Source: Terracidiphilus sp. (GTDB lineage: Bacteria > Acidobacteriota > Terriglobia > Terriglobales > Acidobacteriaceae). From it: a DNA stretch of 64,000 bases. Every line of letters starts with the position of its first letter. Position 1 is the stretch's first letter. Under the pieces are notes generated by a model. The model saw only the letters and a program-made list of their open reading frames with translations, ran no database searches and was not told the origin of the DNA. Below are positions 17,485 to 27,391 of this stretch, in pieces. The stretch is from contig JBEKNI010000012.1 of the NCBI GenBank assembly GCA_049522975.1, positions 29,920 through 93,919 on the forward strand. Direction: 5' to 3'. The translations under genes were made by a program, and so were the position numbers.

Positions 17485-19425
17485 TCAGATGGCCTCTTTC
17501 AATGCCGCCTTGTCTGTCTCCACCTCGCGTTCGTTCAGGTGGTTGTACCAGGTGAACTTCAAAATCACCGAAGTCACCAGAACCACGCCCAGGGCGATGG
17601 TTAAGCGGTCGAACTCCTTGAGCACGATGTACAAGGGCAGCGTAACCAGTGTCACTTGCCAGATGATGCCGATGACAATGTTGAACATGTCGAGGAAGAA
17701 GTCCGTGTTCTTCTTGAACTCCGGCTCTTCGGCTAGAACCTTCTTCAGCACCGGTCCCCAGAATCCCCACGGCCGCACGCGGCGATAGAAGTCCATCAGC
17801 ACTTCATCCGATTCCGGCTGGGTCAGCAGCGTGCCCAGCAGGCAGCCCGCCAACGAAATGGCCACCACCAACGGGAAGATGATCGTTACGGTCATGTTGA
17901 TGGAATAGGTTGCCAGAAGCCACTTCACCCACGGCACATTCGCCATGATCGCAGGCATGGTGAGCGCGGAGGCGATGCCGCTCGCCATTCCCCAGAAGAA
18001 CCCGTAACCGTTAAAGCGCCACCAGTACCACTTCAGCACGTTGGCCGCGGTGTAGCCGCCCCACAGGCCGGAGACGATCCATATCACCACCGAGTTGACC
18101 GAAGTGACATTCCAGCCGATGATCACGCCGACCAGGATCACGGTAAAGGAAGAGAGATAGCTCAGGCGGACGTAGGTTTTCGGCGCCGCATTGGGATTGA
18201 TGTAGCGCTTGTAAATGTCGTTGACAAAGTACGGCGGCGCCGCGTTCACCGTGCCCGCGAAGTTGGACATGAAGGCCGCCAGCAGGCCGGCGATCAGGAA
18301 GCCGAGCAGGCCGGCCGGAACGAATTGACCCAGAGCCATCGGCAGCACCATCTCGAAGTCCAGGTGCGGCATCGAGCGGATGCTGCTGTTGAAATACACC
18401 GCCGCCAGCACGGTAAGCCCGATGACCAGAAAATACCGCGGGAAGGTCAGCACCACATTGACCCAGCCGCTTAGCATCGAGGCCTCGCGGGGATTCTTCG
18501 AGGAGAGCACGGCCTGCATGTCGTAATTCGGAGCCGGGCCGGCGGCCGAGATCAGGATACCCTTGAAGAGCAGCATCATGACAAAGAAGCCGAAGAGGCC
18601 ATACCCATCCTTGGCGATCTGGTCATTGGCGGCCGGAAGCAGCGTTGACCAGTCCAGGCCGATATGCCAGCCGAAAAAGACGTTGTCCCAGCCGGCGGGC
18701 ACCACCTTGTGCAGCGCGTCCGGGGCTACCTTCATCATGGCGATGATGCCCACCGCGAACGATGCGATGGCCAGAATGCAGAATTGCACCACGGCGGTGA
18801 AGACCACGCTGATCATGCCGCCCTTGATCACGTAAATCGATGTGAGGCAGATCAGGACCAGCGCATAAACGTTGGGCGAATCCAGGTGCACCAGCCAGGG
18901 CACGATATGCCCGCCCGAAAGCCCCCAGAGATGAAGCGTGCAGGAAAGATCCCAGGGCAGAAACTCGGCGGCGAATTTGCCGATCCCCTTAAATCCGTAA
19001 GTGAAGAATCCGATGATGCTGACGAAGGCGTAGATCACCACGATCAGGTGCGCCAACTGCGCGCCACGCCCGACGCCGAAGCGCGTCTTCATCCATGCCG
19101 CCCCGGTCATCACATTCGAACGCCGCAGCCACGACGAGAGATAGACCATCTGGAAGATCTGGTTGAAGGTCGGCCAAAGCCAGGGAATCCAGATGCTCTT
19201 CAGCCCGTAGACGAACATCCAGGAGACCAGCAGCATGGTGCCGCTGACATCGAACATCCCCGATGCGTTGGAGACGCCCAGCACATACCAGGGTATTCTG
19301 TTCCCGCCCAGAAAGTAGTTCTGAATGTTCTGCGATGCGCGCTTTGAAACCCAGTAGCCTACCAGCACCATGCTCACCAGGTAGACCAGGATGATAACGA
19401 TGTCAACAACGTGAAGGTGTAACAT
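17485..19425 (-). CDS. Sodium:solute symporter (SSS family), probable oligosaccharide importer
   Basis: YFLGG..IPW, SNASGMFD, many TM helices, GLLAAFMS; glycan-catabolism context. Confidence 0.9.
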   Translation of the reverse strand: MLHLHVVDIVIILVYLVSMVLVGYWVSKRASQNIQNYFLGGNRIPWYVLGVSNASGMFDVSGTMLLVSWMFVYGLKSIWIPWLWPTFNQIFQMVYLSSWLRRSNVMTGAAWMKTRFGVGRGAQLAHLIVVIYAFVSIIGFFTYGFKGIGKFAAEFLPWDLSCTLHLWGLSGGHIVPWLVHLDSPNVYALVLICLTSIYVIKGGMISVVFTAVVQFCILAIASFAVGIIAMMKVAPDALHKVVPAGWDNVFFGWHIGLDWSTLLPAANDQIAKDGYGLFGFFVMMLLFKGILISAAGPAPNYDMQAVLSSKNPREASMLSGWVNVVLTFPRYFLVIGLTVLAAVYFNSSIRSMPHLDFEMVLPMALGQFVPAGLLGFLIAGLLAAFMSNFAGTVNAAPPYFVNDIYKRYINPNAAPKTYVRLSYLSSFTVILVGVIIGWNVTSVNSVVIWIVSGLWGGYTAANVLKWYWWRFNGYGFFWGMASGIASALTMPAIMANVPWVKWLLATYSINMTVTIIFPLVVAISLAGCLLGTLLTQPESDEVLMDFYRRVRPWGFWGPVLKKVLAEEPEFKKNTDFFLDMFNIVIGIIWQVTLVTLPLYIVLKEFDRLTIALGVVLVTSVILKFTWYNHLNEREVETDKAALKEAI

Positions 19426-19566
19426 TCCTCTCCTCAATGCCCGCGGGCAGGTTCTCTCCGCTCTCCGCGGGAGATGAACAACTAATTCTTGCGCCGGCCT
19501 CTGCCGGTTTGATTACGGCCTCGCGTCGGCAATCCGCCGCCGGATTGCCGGTGGAGGGACTCACAA

Positions 19567-21330
19567 CTAAAGCTCGCCAGCCAACAAGAATACCAGCGAA
19601 GCCTGCCAGTTGATGCAGATTTCGTTGGTCGTATACGAACCAGCCGCATCGGCATAGACCTTGGCCGGCGGCAAGCCCTTGGGCAGCGCATTCGACACCG
19701 AATCGCCGCGCCCCGCATTCGGCCCCCCCGACAGCAACCCCGGCCACGGCCCCGGCTGCTTACCCGATCCGCTCGGCCGGTGATGCGGATGCTGGAACGA
19801 ATGTTCCCCCACATGCGTCACCCACGAAAGCGAAAACGTATTCCGCCCCAGCAGATAATGCAGATTGTCCCGCGCCGCGTCCACGAAGCCGGGGTCCGGC
19901 TGCAACACGTTGGCGATCAGCAGCTCCTCGCCATACTCCGCCGCAATGCCATTCGACCCCCAAACATAATCCTTCGCCTGCAAACTCACATGATAAGGAT
20001 TGGCGCCGGTCCGCTCCACGATCGCGCGCGCCGCCGCCAGGGTCCGCTCCCGGATCGCGGCCGAGGCCCCGGGATCTGCTCCCTTGCGCGCGGAGAGGAC
20101 ATAAGTCCACAGCCCCATCGGCCCCAACGTTCTCCAGTTCTCCGCCGCGGCCGAATCCAGCCAGGGAAGATAATGCGCATAATTCTTCACGAAGAATTCG
20201 TTGTACTCCGCCTCGCCGGTCGTGCGCCAAAGCTCCGCCGCCGCCCACAGCCGCTCGTCCCGGCAGTCCGAATCGGCGTAGATCCCCGTGGCAATCCCTG
20301 GCGGATCCTTGCTGAAGAAAACATTGGGATACTTCTCGGTCCACTCCCAGGCCCGTTGCGCCGCCTCCAGCGCCCGCGCCGCGAACTTCGCATCGTAGGG
20401 CTGGTAGACCCGGGCCGCAATCGCCGCCGCCGCCGCCAGATCCGCGGTTGCGCAGGTGCTCTTGTAAGGCGCCGATCCGGTCCCAACCACCTCAGTGGTT
20501 TCCTTATCGTTCTCCGGTGCAATGAAGCCCTGAAAGTGCGTAGTGGTCTGCTTATGCCACGCGCCCCCATCGGCATCCTGCATCTTCAGCATCCACTCCA
20601 GCTCCCAGCGAGCCTCATTCAGAATGTCCGGCGTGCCGTTGCCCGACTCCGGAATCTTCAGCGAAATCTCCTCGATCTTTTTCCCGTAAATCTCCCAGGT
20701 CCAGAGTAGCGTGCCCACTGTAACTCCGGAGGTCACCATGTAGCGGCCGTAATCCCCCGCATCGTGCCAGCCGCCGGCATTGTCCCATGGCCCCTTGGCG
20801 CCCGAACTCGCGTGGAACTCCCCATGCAGGTGGCAGGCCGGATGCGAGTAGCCGGGAAACTCCGGCCCCATATCCACCGCCGTCCCGCAGCGCTGCCCGT
20901 GAAAGCCGCGCATGGCCATGTAGTAGGTGTGCTCGAAGACATGCGCGCCGATATCGAAATCCCAACTCCGCCCCACTCCGGGAACCTCCAGGTAGTACCG
21001 TCCCGGCTGTTGGAAGGCGGAGAAATCGGCGGTCTGCACCTGATCGCCGGAGTTCGCATCGGTCTCGGCAGGCCCTAGCTTGCCTTTGAAGACCACGGAA
21101 TCATCGCTGGAGCGCCGGACTTCAAAAGCAGTTGCCCGCGCGCTGACCAGCGCCACATTGGGCCCGTCGAGCGGATAGCCCACCTGATCCACCTTGATCG
21201 CTAAACTCGCGGTTGCCGCCCCCTGCGCAAGAGCAACGGGGCAAAACAGAAGGCCGGCCGCAACCACAGACGTCAGCAACTCCCGGCCAGCTTGCACGCT
21301 TCTTGAGGATAAGAACACAGAAAATTCCAT
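19567..21330 (-). CDS. Glycoside hydrolase family 9 with N-terminal Ig-like (CelD-type) domain
   Basis: KVDQVGY, GGWHDAGDYGRY, HPHHRPS, NEICINWQA catalytic motifs. Confidence 0.93.
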   Translation of the reverse strand: MEFSVFLSSRSVQAGRELLTSVVAAGLLFCPVALAQGAATASLAIKVDQVGYPLDGPNVALVSARATAFEVRRSSDDSVVFKGKLGPAETDANSGDQVQTADFSAFQQPGRYYLEVPGVGRSWDFDIGAHVFEHTYYMAMRGFHGQRCGTAVDMGPEFPGYSHPACHLHGEFHASSGAKGPWDNAGGWHDAGDYGRYMVTSGVTVGTLLWTWEIYGKKIEEISLKIPESGNGTPDILNEARWELEWMLKMQDADGGAWHKQTTTHFQGFIAPENDKETTEVVGTGSAPYKSTCATADLAAAAAIAARVYQPYDAKFAARALEAAQRAWEWTEKYPNVFFSKDPPGIATGIYADSDCRDERLWAAAELWRTTGEAEYNEFFVKNYAHYLPWLDSAAAENWRTLGPMGLWTYVLSARKGADPGASAAIRERTLAAARAIVERTGANPYHVSLQAKDYVWGSNGIAAEYGEELLIANVLQPDPGFVDAARDNLHYLLGRNTFSLSWVTHVGEHSFQHPHHRPSGSGKQPGPWPGLLSGGPNAGRGDSVSNALPKGLPPAKVYADAAGSYTTNEICINWQASLVFLLAGEL

Positions 21331-21406
21331 CTCTGCCGATTCGCTTCCCGGTGCGTTCAGGCTATCTTTTTGGAAACACCAAATCTTCGCACATTCCCCC
21401 GAAGCT

Positions 21407-21420
21407 TGGCAACGGTTTCC
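21407..21420. promoter_or_regulatory. Candidate LacI-family operator TGGCAACGGTTTCC
   Basis: 8/10 match to TGNAANCGNTTNCA, in the divergent GH9/GH94 intergenic region. Confidence 0.35.
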
Positions 21421-21427
21421 GTCGCCC

Positions 21428-21515
21428 GCGCCGTAGGCGCAGCGGTTGTTAGCCCCGCGCTTCAGCGTGGGGTTGGCGAAACCAATAATTCAACCGGAGT
21501 CCCGGAGGGACGGCG
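21428..21515. repeat. Solo copy of the tnpA-flanking REP doublet
   Basis: GCGCCGTAGGCGCA..CCCCGCGCTTCAGCGTGGGG..GGAGTCCCGGAGGGACGG, colinear with 2016-2104. Confidence 0.9.
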
Positions 21516-21668
21516 TCCATGCCCCGCGCCCTTTTAACGTCTTTGCGTGAAGTTCGGAAAGACACAAACCGGCAGCGGCTCCCCTGAAATTCAAACTTCT
21601 ACTGCCACCCCGGCAAAGTCCCCAAATCCACCTCTTCCCTGCTGCCCGAAACTACTCGCCAATCCCGT

Positions 21669-21698
21669 TTGATAAGGCTCCGATCCGCAGTCTATACT
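21669..21698 (+). promoter_or_regulatory. Sigma70-type promoter TTGATA-N18-TATACT for the GH94 gene
   Basis: 5/6 match at both boxes, 37 nt upstream of the start. Confidence 0.6.
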
Positions 21699-21735
21699 GA
21701 CTTGGCTGTACGTTTTCCTTGAGGGAGCTCCCACT

Positions 21736-24180
21736 ATGAAGTATGGATTTTTCGACGACCAGAAGCGCGAGTACGTGATTACCCAACCCGACACCCCCCT
21801 GCCCTGGATCAATTACCTTGGCTGCCAGGCATATTTCGGCATCATCTCCAACACCGCGGGAGGCTATTCGTTCTATCGCGACGCCCGCCTGCGCCGGCTC
21901 ATCCGCTACCGCTACAACAACGCGCCCTTCGACTTCGGGGGCCGTTACATCTACCTGCGCGACGATGCATCCAAGGAATTCTGGTCCCCCTCCTGGCAGC
22001 CCACCCGCCACGAGCTCAAAGACTACACCTGCCGTCATGGCATGGGCTACACCACCATCGGCTCGGAATACGCCGGCATCGAGGCCCACACCCGCTACTT
22101 CGTGCCCCTCGACGAGAACCTCGAAATCTGGCAGCTCACCGTGACCAACAAGCGGTCAACCAAGGCTTCCATCTCCGCCTTCGCCTCCATTGAATTCTGC
22201 CTCTGGGATGCCCAGGACGACTCCACCAACTTCCAGCGCAACTTCTCCATCGGACAGGTCGAGGTCGAAGACGGCGTCATCTACCACAAGACCGAGTACC
22301 GCGAGCGCCGCGACCACTTTGCCTACTTCGCCACCTCCGCCAAAGGCGGCGCATTCGACACGCAGCGCGACGTCTTCCTCGGCCATTATCGCGGCTGGGA
22401 TTCCCCCGCCACCGTCGAAGCCGGCCAGCTTACCGGCTCCATCGCCCACGGCTGGGCGCCCATCGGCGCGCATCAGGCCAAGCTAGAACTGGCGCCGGGT
22501 GAAACCCGCCAGATCGTCTTCGTCCTCGGCTATCACGAAAATCCCGTGGCCGATAAATTCGACCCTCCCGGCTCGCAGATCGTCAACAAGAAGACGGTCA
22601 AGCCCACCATCGCCAAGTACCTTGACCCCAAGCAAGCCGACGCGGCCTTCGAGAAGCTGCGCCTCTACTGGGACAGCCTGCTCGGCATCTTCCAGGTCGA
22701 TACCCCCGACGTGCACACCAACCGCATGGTCAATATCTGGAATGCCTACCAGTGCATGGCCACCTTTAATATGTCGCGCTCGGCGTCGTTTTATGAGTCC
22801 GGCATCGGCCGCGGCCTGGGCTTCCGCGACTCCAATCAGGACCTGCTCGGCTTTGTCCACATGGCCCCGGCCCGCGCCCGCGAACGCATCGTCGATCTGG
22901 CCGCCACCCAACTGCCCACCGGCGGCGCTTACCACCAGTACCAGCCCCTCACCAAGCGCGGCAACAACGACGTAGGCAGCGGCTTCAACGACGATCCGCA
23001 CTGGCTCATCATCGGCGTCTCCGCCTACATCAAGGAGACCGGCGACTGGGGCATCCTCGACGAACCCGTCCAATACGACAATCAGCCGGGGTCGGAGACC
23101 CCGCTCTACGAGCACCTGCAGCGCAGCTTCCAATACACCCTCGACCGCCTTGGGCCGCATGGCCTTCCGCTCATCGGCCGCGCCGACTGGAACGACTGCC
23201 TCAATCTCAACTGCTTCTCCGACACTCCCGGCCAGAGCTTCCAGACCACCACCAACAAAGACGGCAAGGTAGCCGAATCGGTCTTCATCGCCGGCCTCTT
23301 CGTCCACGCCGGTCAGGAACTAGCCGCAATCGCCAAGCATCGCGGCCTCGATGCCGAGGCGGCAAAGTATCTCGGCGAAGTCGAAAAAATGGATCAGGTC
23401 GTCCGCAAGCATGGTTGGGACGGCGAATGGTTCCTGCGCGCCTACGACGACTTCGGCGCCAAGATCGGCTCCAACGAGTGCGAGGAAGGCAAGATATTCA
23501 TCGAGACCAACGGCTACTGCGTGCTGGCCGGCATCGGCCTCGAAGACGGCCTGGCCGCCAAAGCCCTCGAGTCCACCCGCAAGCATCTGGCCACCAAGCA
23601 CGGCATCGTCCTGCAGCAGCCGGCCTACTCCCGCTACTACCTCAACCTCGGCGAAATCTCCTCTTACCCGCCGGGATACAAGGAGAACGCCGGCATCTTC
23701 TGCCACAACAACCCCTGGGTCATCATCGCCGAGACGCGCCTGGGCCACGGCGACGAGGCGCACGACTACTACAGCCGCATCAACCCCTCGGCCCGCGAAG
23801 AGATCAGCGACCTGCATCGCTGCGAGCCCTACGTCTACGCGCAGATGATCGCCGGCCGCGACGCACCCACCCACGGCGAGGCCAAGAACTCCTGGCTCAC
23901 CGGCACGGCCGCCTGGAACTACTACGCCATCGCGCAGTGGATTCTCGGCATCCGCACCTCGCTAGAGGGCTTGGAAATCGCCCCGGTCATTCCCAAGAGT
24001 TGGCCCGGCTTCACCGCCAGCCGCACCTACCGCGGAGTGGTCTACAAGATCACCATCGAGCGCCAAGGCGACGGCAACCAAATCGCCCTGACGGTAGACG
24101 GCGCGCCAGTAGCCGGCAACGTAGTCCCCCCTCCCACCGACGGAAGAAAGGAAGTAACAGTCAAAGCAATTCTTAGCTAA
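21736..24180 (+). CDS. cbp: GH94 cellobiose phosphorylase
   Basis: MKYGFFDD..REYVIT, NMSRSASFYESGIGRGLGFRDSNQD (cellobiose-phosphorylase type rather than chitobiose type), ADWNDCLN, SWLTGTAAW. Confidence 0.9.
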   Translation: MKYGFFDDQKREYVITQPDTPLPWINYLGCQAYFGIISNTAGGYSFYRDARLRRLIRYRYNNAPFDFGGRYIYLRDDASKEFWSPSWQPTRHELKDYTCRHGMGYTTIGSEYAGIEAHTRYFVPLDENLEIWQLTVTNKRSTKASISAFASIEFCLWDAQDDSTNFQRNFSIGQVEVEDGVIYHKTEYRERRDHFAYFATSAKGGAFDTQRDVFLGHYRGWDSPATVEAGQLTGSIAHGWAPIGAHQAKLELAPGETRQIVFVLGYHENPVADKFDPPGSQIVNKKTVKPTIAKYLDPKQADAAFEKLRLYWDSLLGIFQVDTPDVHTNRMVNIWNAYQCMATFNMSRSASFYESGIGRGLGFRDSNQDLLGFVHMAPARARERIVDLAATQLPTGGAYHQYQPLTKRGNNDVGSGFNDDPHWLIIGVSAYIKETGDWGILDEPVQYDNQPGSETPLYEHLQRSFQYTLDRLGPHGLPLIGRADWNDCLNLNCFSDTPGQSFQTTTNKDGKVAESVFIAGLFVHAGQELAAIAKHRGLDAEAAKYLGEVEKMDQVVRKHGWDGEWFLRAYDDFGAKIGSNECEEGKIFIETNGYCVLAGIGLEDGLAAKALESTRKHLATKHGIVLQQPAYSRYYLNLGEISSYPPGYKENAGIFCHNNPWVIIAETRLGHGDEAHDYYSRINPSAREEISDLHRCEPYVYAQMIAGRDAPTHGEAKNSWLTGTAAWNYYAIAQWILGIRTSLEGLEIAPVIPKSWPGFTASRTYRGVVYKITIERQGDGNQIALTVDGAPVAGNVVPPPTDGRKEVTVKAILS

Positions 24181-24219
24181 CTTTTCTCCGGGTTTTTCGG
24201 GGATCAAACCATAATAACT

Positions 24220-24409
24220 GGGTGGCCCCGGTCCCTCGCCTTTGGGGACCGGGGGGTAAGACTCACATTTCACTGACGACGGATTCACAATTGGAATATC
24301 CTTGCGGCGTATGAGAGGCGAAAGAGGAAGGCAACTGCCCGAGTGGATACGCTACCGGCAGTTGGGCTCCTCCTCCCCGGTCCCCAAAGGCAAGGGACCG
24401 GGGGCACCC
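24220..24409. repeat. REPIN-like inverted doublet of family B REPs
   Basis: 24220-24254 vs reverse complement of 24375-24409 match 33/35. Confidence 0.85.
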
Positions 24410-24449
24410 TCAACTCGTTAATACGCTGTATGAGACCAGGGCCACCCGC

Positions 24450-24542
24450 CTAACCGTGGACGGCGCGCCCGTCGCGGGAAATGTCGTGCCTCCTCCAACA
24501 GACGGAAGGAAGGAAGTTACAGTCAAGGCGATTCTCAGCTAA
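24450..24542 (+). pseudogene. Orphan duplicate of the last 30 codons plus stop of the GH94 gene
   Basis: Encodes LTVDGAPVAGNVVPPPTDGRKEVTVKAILS*, identical to 24088-24180; 18 nt differences, all synonymous third positions. Confidence 0.95.
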
Positions 24543-24546
24543 GGGA

Positions 24547-24700
24547 TTCCCCGGTCCCCAAAGGCGAGGGACCGGGGGCACCCTAAACCTGACAGAATCC
24601 CTTTTGAGACCGGGGCCACCCGCCGGATTCCCCGGTCTCAGACCGAGACCTGGGGCACCCTCCCGCTCATCGCGATAGCGCTGCGATGAACGGGGCACAG
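24547..24700. repeat. Cluster of family B REP hairpins plus a CCCGCTCATCGCG..CGATGAACGGGGCAC repeat
   Basis: The last repeat matches the reverse complement of about 37523-37562. Confidence 0.75.
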
Positions 24701-24758
24701 ATTCAAGACACAGGGTGGTTTTTCGAGTATGATGAGCGGGCCACCTGCCCACCTGCCG

Positions 24759-25280
24759 TCACTTCTTTACGGTTCGTACTGGCAGTGCACGAATGTTGTC
24801 GGAACTGCCGCTGTGGGTGTGGACGGAACTGCCATTGACGAAGACGAAGAAGAATGCCTCGGACGAATTGCCCGTGGTATCTGATGACCAGATAGGATCG
24901 CAGGTGAGCTGGATGAGATTCGTAATGAGACGCAGCGGATATTTTGTATCGCACGGATCTGGTCGCCACTGCCGCCCGGGTTGCCACTGCTCAGCGTCGT
25001 ACAGGCCACTAAGCTCGGATATGGTCGGCATACGCCAATCGGAATACCCACCACCACGATAGCTTTCGGAGTATTTCTTCGCATCGTACCAGTTGATTGT
25101 GCTGCCATTGTCCTTCGCGGCCCACATCAGGCCAGTCTTGGTATCGGTGACTGTCCCGTTCTTATTGTCAACAAATCGCTCGGCGGCGAAACTGCACAGC
25201 CCGAGCACGGATGAAAGAGCCCCTACTAGAAGGAACCGGCGGAGTCTTGACTGCATTGCTGACCTCTCTGAACTTCCCAT
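24759..25280 (-). CDS. Exported DUF1566 (Lcl C-terminal-like) protein
   Basis: Signal peptide; FVDNKNGTVTDTKTGLMW, WYDA, DWRMPTISEL, ALPVR. Confidence 0.88.
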   Translation of the reverse strand: MGSSERSAMQSRLRRFLLVGALSSVLGLCSFAAERFVDNKNGTVTDTKTGLMWAAKDNGSTINWYDAKKYSESYRGGGYSDWRMPTISELSGLYDAEQWQPGRQWRPDPCDTKYPLRLITNLIQLTCDPIWSSDTTGNSSEAFFFVFVNGSSVHTHSGSSDNIRALPVRTVKK

Positions 25281-25379
25281 GGCAGATGGAGTCCGTTGAT
25301 ATAAAGATCAACGGCGTGACCACGCAGGGTCAAACGCATGACGTTGAGGTTTGTAATTGATTGAGGGGAATGTTGGCAG

Positions 25380-25682
25380 ATGATATTTGACAAGTACCAA
25401 GCCCCTCCGAGCCGAGAGGAGCGAGGAGGAGCCAAGCAGGATGCAGAAGAATACCTGCGTCTATGGAAGAAGCGAGCGTTGTATGCGACGGCGGCATTCC
25501 TTCTGAGCTGCGCGTCAGTGTCCGTCTTCTTGGAGGGGCATCCGCTGCACGTTTACTGGGAATCGTTCGGCAAGTACCTGGTGCTTCTTTCGATGGCGTT
25601 ACTGATCCCCTTCGTGATCAGTGTGGGGGTGGCTATCGATTCGTGGTTCTTCCTACGTGCTTTGAGGAAGGACAAACTGTAG
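25380..25682 (+). CDS. Hypothetical membrane protein
   Basis: GAGGGG RBS, two TM segments. Confidence 0.65.
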   Translation: MIFDKYQAPPSREERGGAKQDAEEYLRLWKKRALYATAAFLLSCASVSVFLEGHPLHVYWESFGKYLVLLSMALLIPFVISVGVAIDSWFFLRALRKDKL

Positions 25683-25759
25683 GCGGGGTGGCCACGGTCC
25701 CAATGACCCAATTCATCCATAAAAAGCGGGTGCCTGTCACCGGGTAACCGATGAAGCTT

Positions 25760-26089
25760 TCATTTCGCGCCCGAAGCTCGTTTATACTCATCCGTCTCGC
25801 GGATGGACACGTAACCATCCGGCAACTCATCGCCAGGATCAGGTGCATTTTGGGTTGGCCGGTCCAAGATCGCAAGCGCTCGTGAAATGCGTGCCGCGGT
25901 TGGCTTCGGTCGAGTTGCCAGCCATTCTTCGTGCTGGAGATGCACAACCTTCTCTGCCACGGCAACATTGATGAATTGATTGAGAGAGACACCCTCTTTG
26001 AGCGAAAAATCCTCGGCCGCCCTCCGCACGGAGGGCATGAGCCGGAGCGGGAATTTAGCGACTGCGCTCTTCTTCGAATTAGCTGGCAT
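25760..26089 (-). CDS. Putative antitoxin (RHH/HicB-like DNA-binding)
   Basis: FPLRLMPSVRRAAEDFSLKEGVSLNQFINVAVAEK; start overlaps the PIN gene end. Confidence 0.85.
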   Translation of the reverse strand: MPANSKKSAVAKFPLRLMPSVRRAAEDFSLKEGVSLNQFINVAVAEKVVHLQHEEWLATRPKPTAARISRALAILDRPTQNAPDPGDELPDGYVSIRETDEYKRASGAK

Positions 26090-26528
26090 GAACGGATTCC
26101 ACCTTTCTAAAAGCAATCAAAAAGTCCTTCGGGGTCAACACTGGAATCCCGAACTGTTCCGCCGCCGCCCCAAAATCCTTGATGTTGTTCGTCACAACCG
26201 CATCGGCTTGACCGTGAATCGCAACATCCAGAACCATGTCGTCGTTTTCGTCCTGGGAGAGCGGTCTATGCTTGATCCGCACCAAAACCGGAGCCGCTAT
26301 GGCTTCCAGCATTTCTATGATGGCTTCCGCATCTTCCGATCTTCTCCCGGATGCCGTAATGTGCTGCGGACGCAGAGCCACATCCCGATATTCGCAGACA
26401 AGATTGTAATCCATCAGCAACGTCAGCCTTCCAATCGCTGCTAACCGGACAATTTCAGCGGCAGCCCCAGTGCTTGAACGAATTGCGCTGATTAGGGCTG
26501 CGGTATCGAGTACGACTTTCACAGTCAT
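26079..26528 (-). CDS. PIN-domain putative toxin
   Basis: VVLDTAALISA, DENDDMVLDVA, VTNNIKDF acidic PIN residues. Confidence 0.9.
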   Translation of the reverse strand: MTVKVVLDTAALISAIRSSTGAAAEIVRLAAIGRLTLLMDYNLVCEYRDVALRPQHITASGRRSEDAEAIIEMLEAIAAPVLVRIKHRPLSQDENDDMVLDVAIHGQADAVVTNNIKDFGAAAEQFGIPVLTPKDFLIAFRKVESVHAS

Positions 26529-26721
26529 ATGATACCACAGGTGACCCCATCCTTGGCGCTGTTCGGCAGGTGCCCCCTGTCCCTCGCTTTTTGGGACACG
26601 GATGGAAGCGCCACGCTGCCCAAACCGCCGCCCGCCGGTGATCGGTCAGCACTTTCTTTTTGCCGAGAATACGGATAGTATGTATTTATATGTATCGTTG
26701 CGCATTTCCTTTGGGTGAGGT

Positions 26722-26979
26722 ATGAAAATGCAGGTCATTAGCGCCTCCGATCTGGCACGCAACACGAGCGCCATCCTGGAACGCATTCTCACGGGCGAAA
26801 CGGTCCGTGTGATGCGGAATCGCACTGAAATAGCCCATATTGTTCCCGCGAAGCGAACCATGACCGCTGCGCAAGCCATCGCTGGCCTGGAAGGAAAGTT
26901 AACTCCTGCCCAGAGCGATTCCTGGCTCAAGGACAGCCGTGGAGACTTCGATGAAGAGGTTCTGAATCCGTGGGGATGA
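26722..26979 (+). CDS. Phd/YefM-family antitoxin
   Basis: ISASDLARN..ILERI..GETVRVMRN..IAHIVP. Confidence 0.85.
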   Translation: MKMQVISASDLARNTSAILERILTGETVRVMRNRTEIAHIVPAKRTMTAAQAIAGLEGKLTPAQSDSWLKDSRGDFDEEVLNPWG

Positions 26980-27374
26980 TCTTCGACACTTCTATCTGGG
27001 TAGGGCTGGCCAGCGGGCAAATGCTCAGTCAGGCCGTACTCAACGCTGCCGGAGACGAGCAGGTCTACATTTCAGCCATTTCGCTCGGAGAGTTGAGCTT
27101 TGGCGTCGAATCGTGCGGCGATCCGGCAACACGGATGCTGCGCAACCGCTACCTGCGCAGTTTGGAACAGCGGCCCGTTCTCGATGTTACTTCCCTAACT
27201 GCCTCCGCCTTCGGCATCCTGGCTGCCTTCATGAAGCAGTCGGGCCGGTCACCGAGAACACGGGTCAACGACATCTGGATAGCTGCCCAGGCAATGGAGA
27301 ATGACTATGCTCTATTAACCGCTAACCTCAAGGATTTTGAGGGCCTCCCTGGCTTGCGAGTCTCTTGTCCGTGA
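26976..27374 (+). CDS. vapC: VapC-like PIN ribonuclease toxin
   Basis: IFDTSIW, ISAISLGEL, NDIWIAAQA, LTANLKDF; ATGA overlap with the antitoxin. Confidence 0.9.
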   Translation: MIFDTSIWVGLASGQMLSQAVLNAAGDEQVYISAISLGELSFGVESCGDPATRMLRNRYLRSLEQRPVLDVTSLTASAFGILAAFMKQSGRSPRTRVNDIWIAAQAMENDYALLTANLKDFEGLPGLRVSCP

Positions 27375-27391
27375 ATAGCTGGACTGCCGGC

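Noticed and set aside
24272-24340. CTGACGA...GAAA resembling a hammerhead ribozyme core
   Set aside because: The stem II closing pair is C-C, and about 18 unpaired nt separate the stem from GAAA; no suitable stems I/III
24088-24542. GH94 tail duplicate as a diversity-generating retroelement TR/VR pair
   Set aside because: Differences are not adenine-specific (e.g. ACG/ACC, GCC/GCG, GTC/GTG), all are synonymous, and no reverse transcriptase is present
25259-25360. Short frame ending NFPWQMESVDIKINGVTTQGQTHDVEVCN* before a membrane ORF, suggesting an RHS toxin tip plus immunity gene
   Set aside because: No RHS core motif or recognisable toxin motif; it partly overlaps the DUF1566 gene start; cannot be supported without a search
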